This document shows, in pieces, positions 62,721 through 64,000 of a stretch of DNA of 64,000 nucleotides. The DNA comes from Parasitella parasitica NRRL 2501 (Eukaryota > Fungi > Mucoromycota), in contig MU619338.1 of assembly GCA_025201805.1 (NCBI GenBank), positions 7,894 to 71,893 on the forward strand, written 5' to 3'. The position numbers and the translations under genes are program-made. Each line of letters starts with the position of its first letter. Position 1 is the stretch's first letter. The notes under the pieces were generated by a model, which was not told the origin of the DNA, ran no database searches, and was given only the letters and a program-made list of their open reading frames with translations.

Positions 62721-64000
62721 GTACACTGATGCTGTGCCGCTTGATTTTACTGTGTATTTGATCGTCATAAGCAATTTCCACGATGTGCGTCTTGGGAAAA
62801 TATAGTTTTTTATTAATATTATTGCATTTACCACATTGGAGGCCGGAATGGAGGAAATTGAGATTGCCTTGGGCACAGTAGGTTTTTATATCATGACTCA
62901 TGCAGCTATTCACCTGAAAAAAGTAAAGCGGCTTATAAACCAAGTAACTTCTCCACCCTTTTTTCATCAAAACGCAAGTACAATGGCATTAGAATTATTA
63001 GTATTTGTTATCTTACAGAAAAACTCGAACCTATTGATCGCAACTCCATCATCCAATGCTTGCTTTTGCCACTCTGTGCAGCCATTGCTTCCACCACTTG
63101 CAAAGAAACAGAAAAATTTCAGCTGGCATTAATCAGCTATTAATCAGCTTTTTAATAAGATGCAGACGGAGAAACACCTCATCAACTCGTCTTCTGACTG
63201 ATTTCGATAAATTACCAAGTACCCTCGCACTCAAGGCCATGTTCTCTCAGAAAAATTCATCAACATTTTATTAACCTGTTCGATTAATATCTACGAATGG
63301 GGCTTTTTTTTTATTTTCTATTTTGGCAGGCTCAAAAGCGCTACCAAGAGCATCACTCGGGATGTTCAAAAACGCAGAAACGCCATCTGGCACAAATTAG
63401 TGATCGGATTGACTTTTATGAAAGATGATATAAATTTGTTCTGTAAGATGTTATTTCTCGATTGATGCATGACCCGTGATGCTGAACCTTTTTTTTTTGT
63501 TTTTTTCCTACACTAACTAGTTCTTTTAATGGTAAGGGTTGGGGGAAAAAAGAAACATGAGGAAATGGGTGAAACGAAAGTGTGTGATTATTGCGGAGAA
63601 TTTTTGGTTACTGATCTGAGCGTTTCCTACAAAATACATTTCCTGGTAACCATGGAAACAGCTAGTTCAAAAAGCTAGTAAATTGTTATTTTATGCATAC
63701 CAACAACTCCTACACATTCAAACATGCGTATTATAAAGGTAGCTATTTAGTTTTTAAGTTACAGGGCATTTTTTTTTTCTTCAGGTTCCTTCTTAGAGCG
63801 TGAGTACTTTAACATTTAACTTTAAATCCGAAATCGTTCATATAGTAACTGATTTAAGGGGCATGCTACATATAAATAATTTACAATAAGGGTCTCCAAT
63901 GATTCATTTTGACGGGAAGCTTATTAGAATCACTTTATAGGGCAATTCCGGATTTCAATAGAAAACAAAACTTGTACGTATATATATTATATATATATAA

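Overview
Eukaryotic, intron-rich, AT-rich genomic DNA from a Mucorales fungus (Mucor/Parasitella-like; the chitin deacetylase closely resembles the Mucor rouxii enzyme as I recall it), with two assembly gaps. About 22 protein-coding genes can be supported: LAMTOR4-like (missed by the ORF track), DHHC palmitoyltransferase, choline/ethanolamine kinase, UvrD/Srs2 helicase, CRAL-TRIO protein, Mps1 kinase, chitin deacetylase, a conserved fungal DUF protein, QTRT2, URA4, DNAAF5-like HEAT protein, App1 phosphatase, a motor-less kinesin-14-like protein, EPG5-like, KH protein, rhodanese-DUSP, a PD-(D/E)XK family protein, class II eIF4E, HAT1, OCRL/INPP5B, Arp9 and SAR1. Degenerate Tc1 and DIRS transposon remnants are also present. 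The most unusual feature is a non-coding locus at about 38.5-39.9 kb. It holds three copies of a 261-nt core that folds by hand into a multi-branched RNA with a 7-bp loop-loop complementarity. Two of the copies are closed by completely different self-complementary flanks, and further tetraloop-capped hairpins and a T-run follow. This is a candidate unrecognised structured ncRNA or RNA-based mobile element. All family assignments and RNA folds come from manual inspection and remembered motifs; no database search was run.
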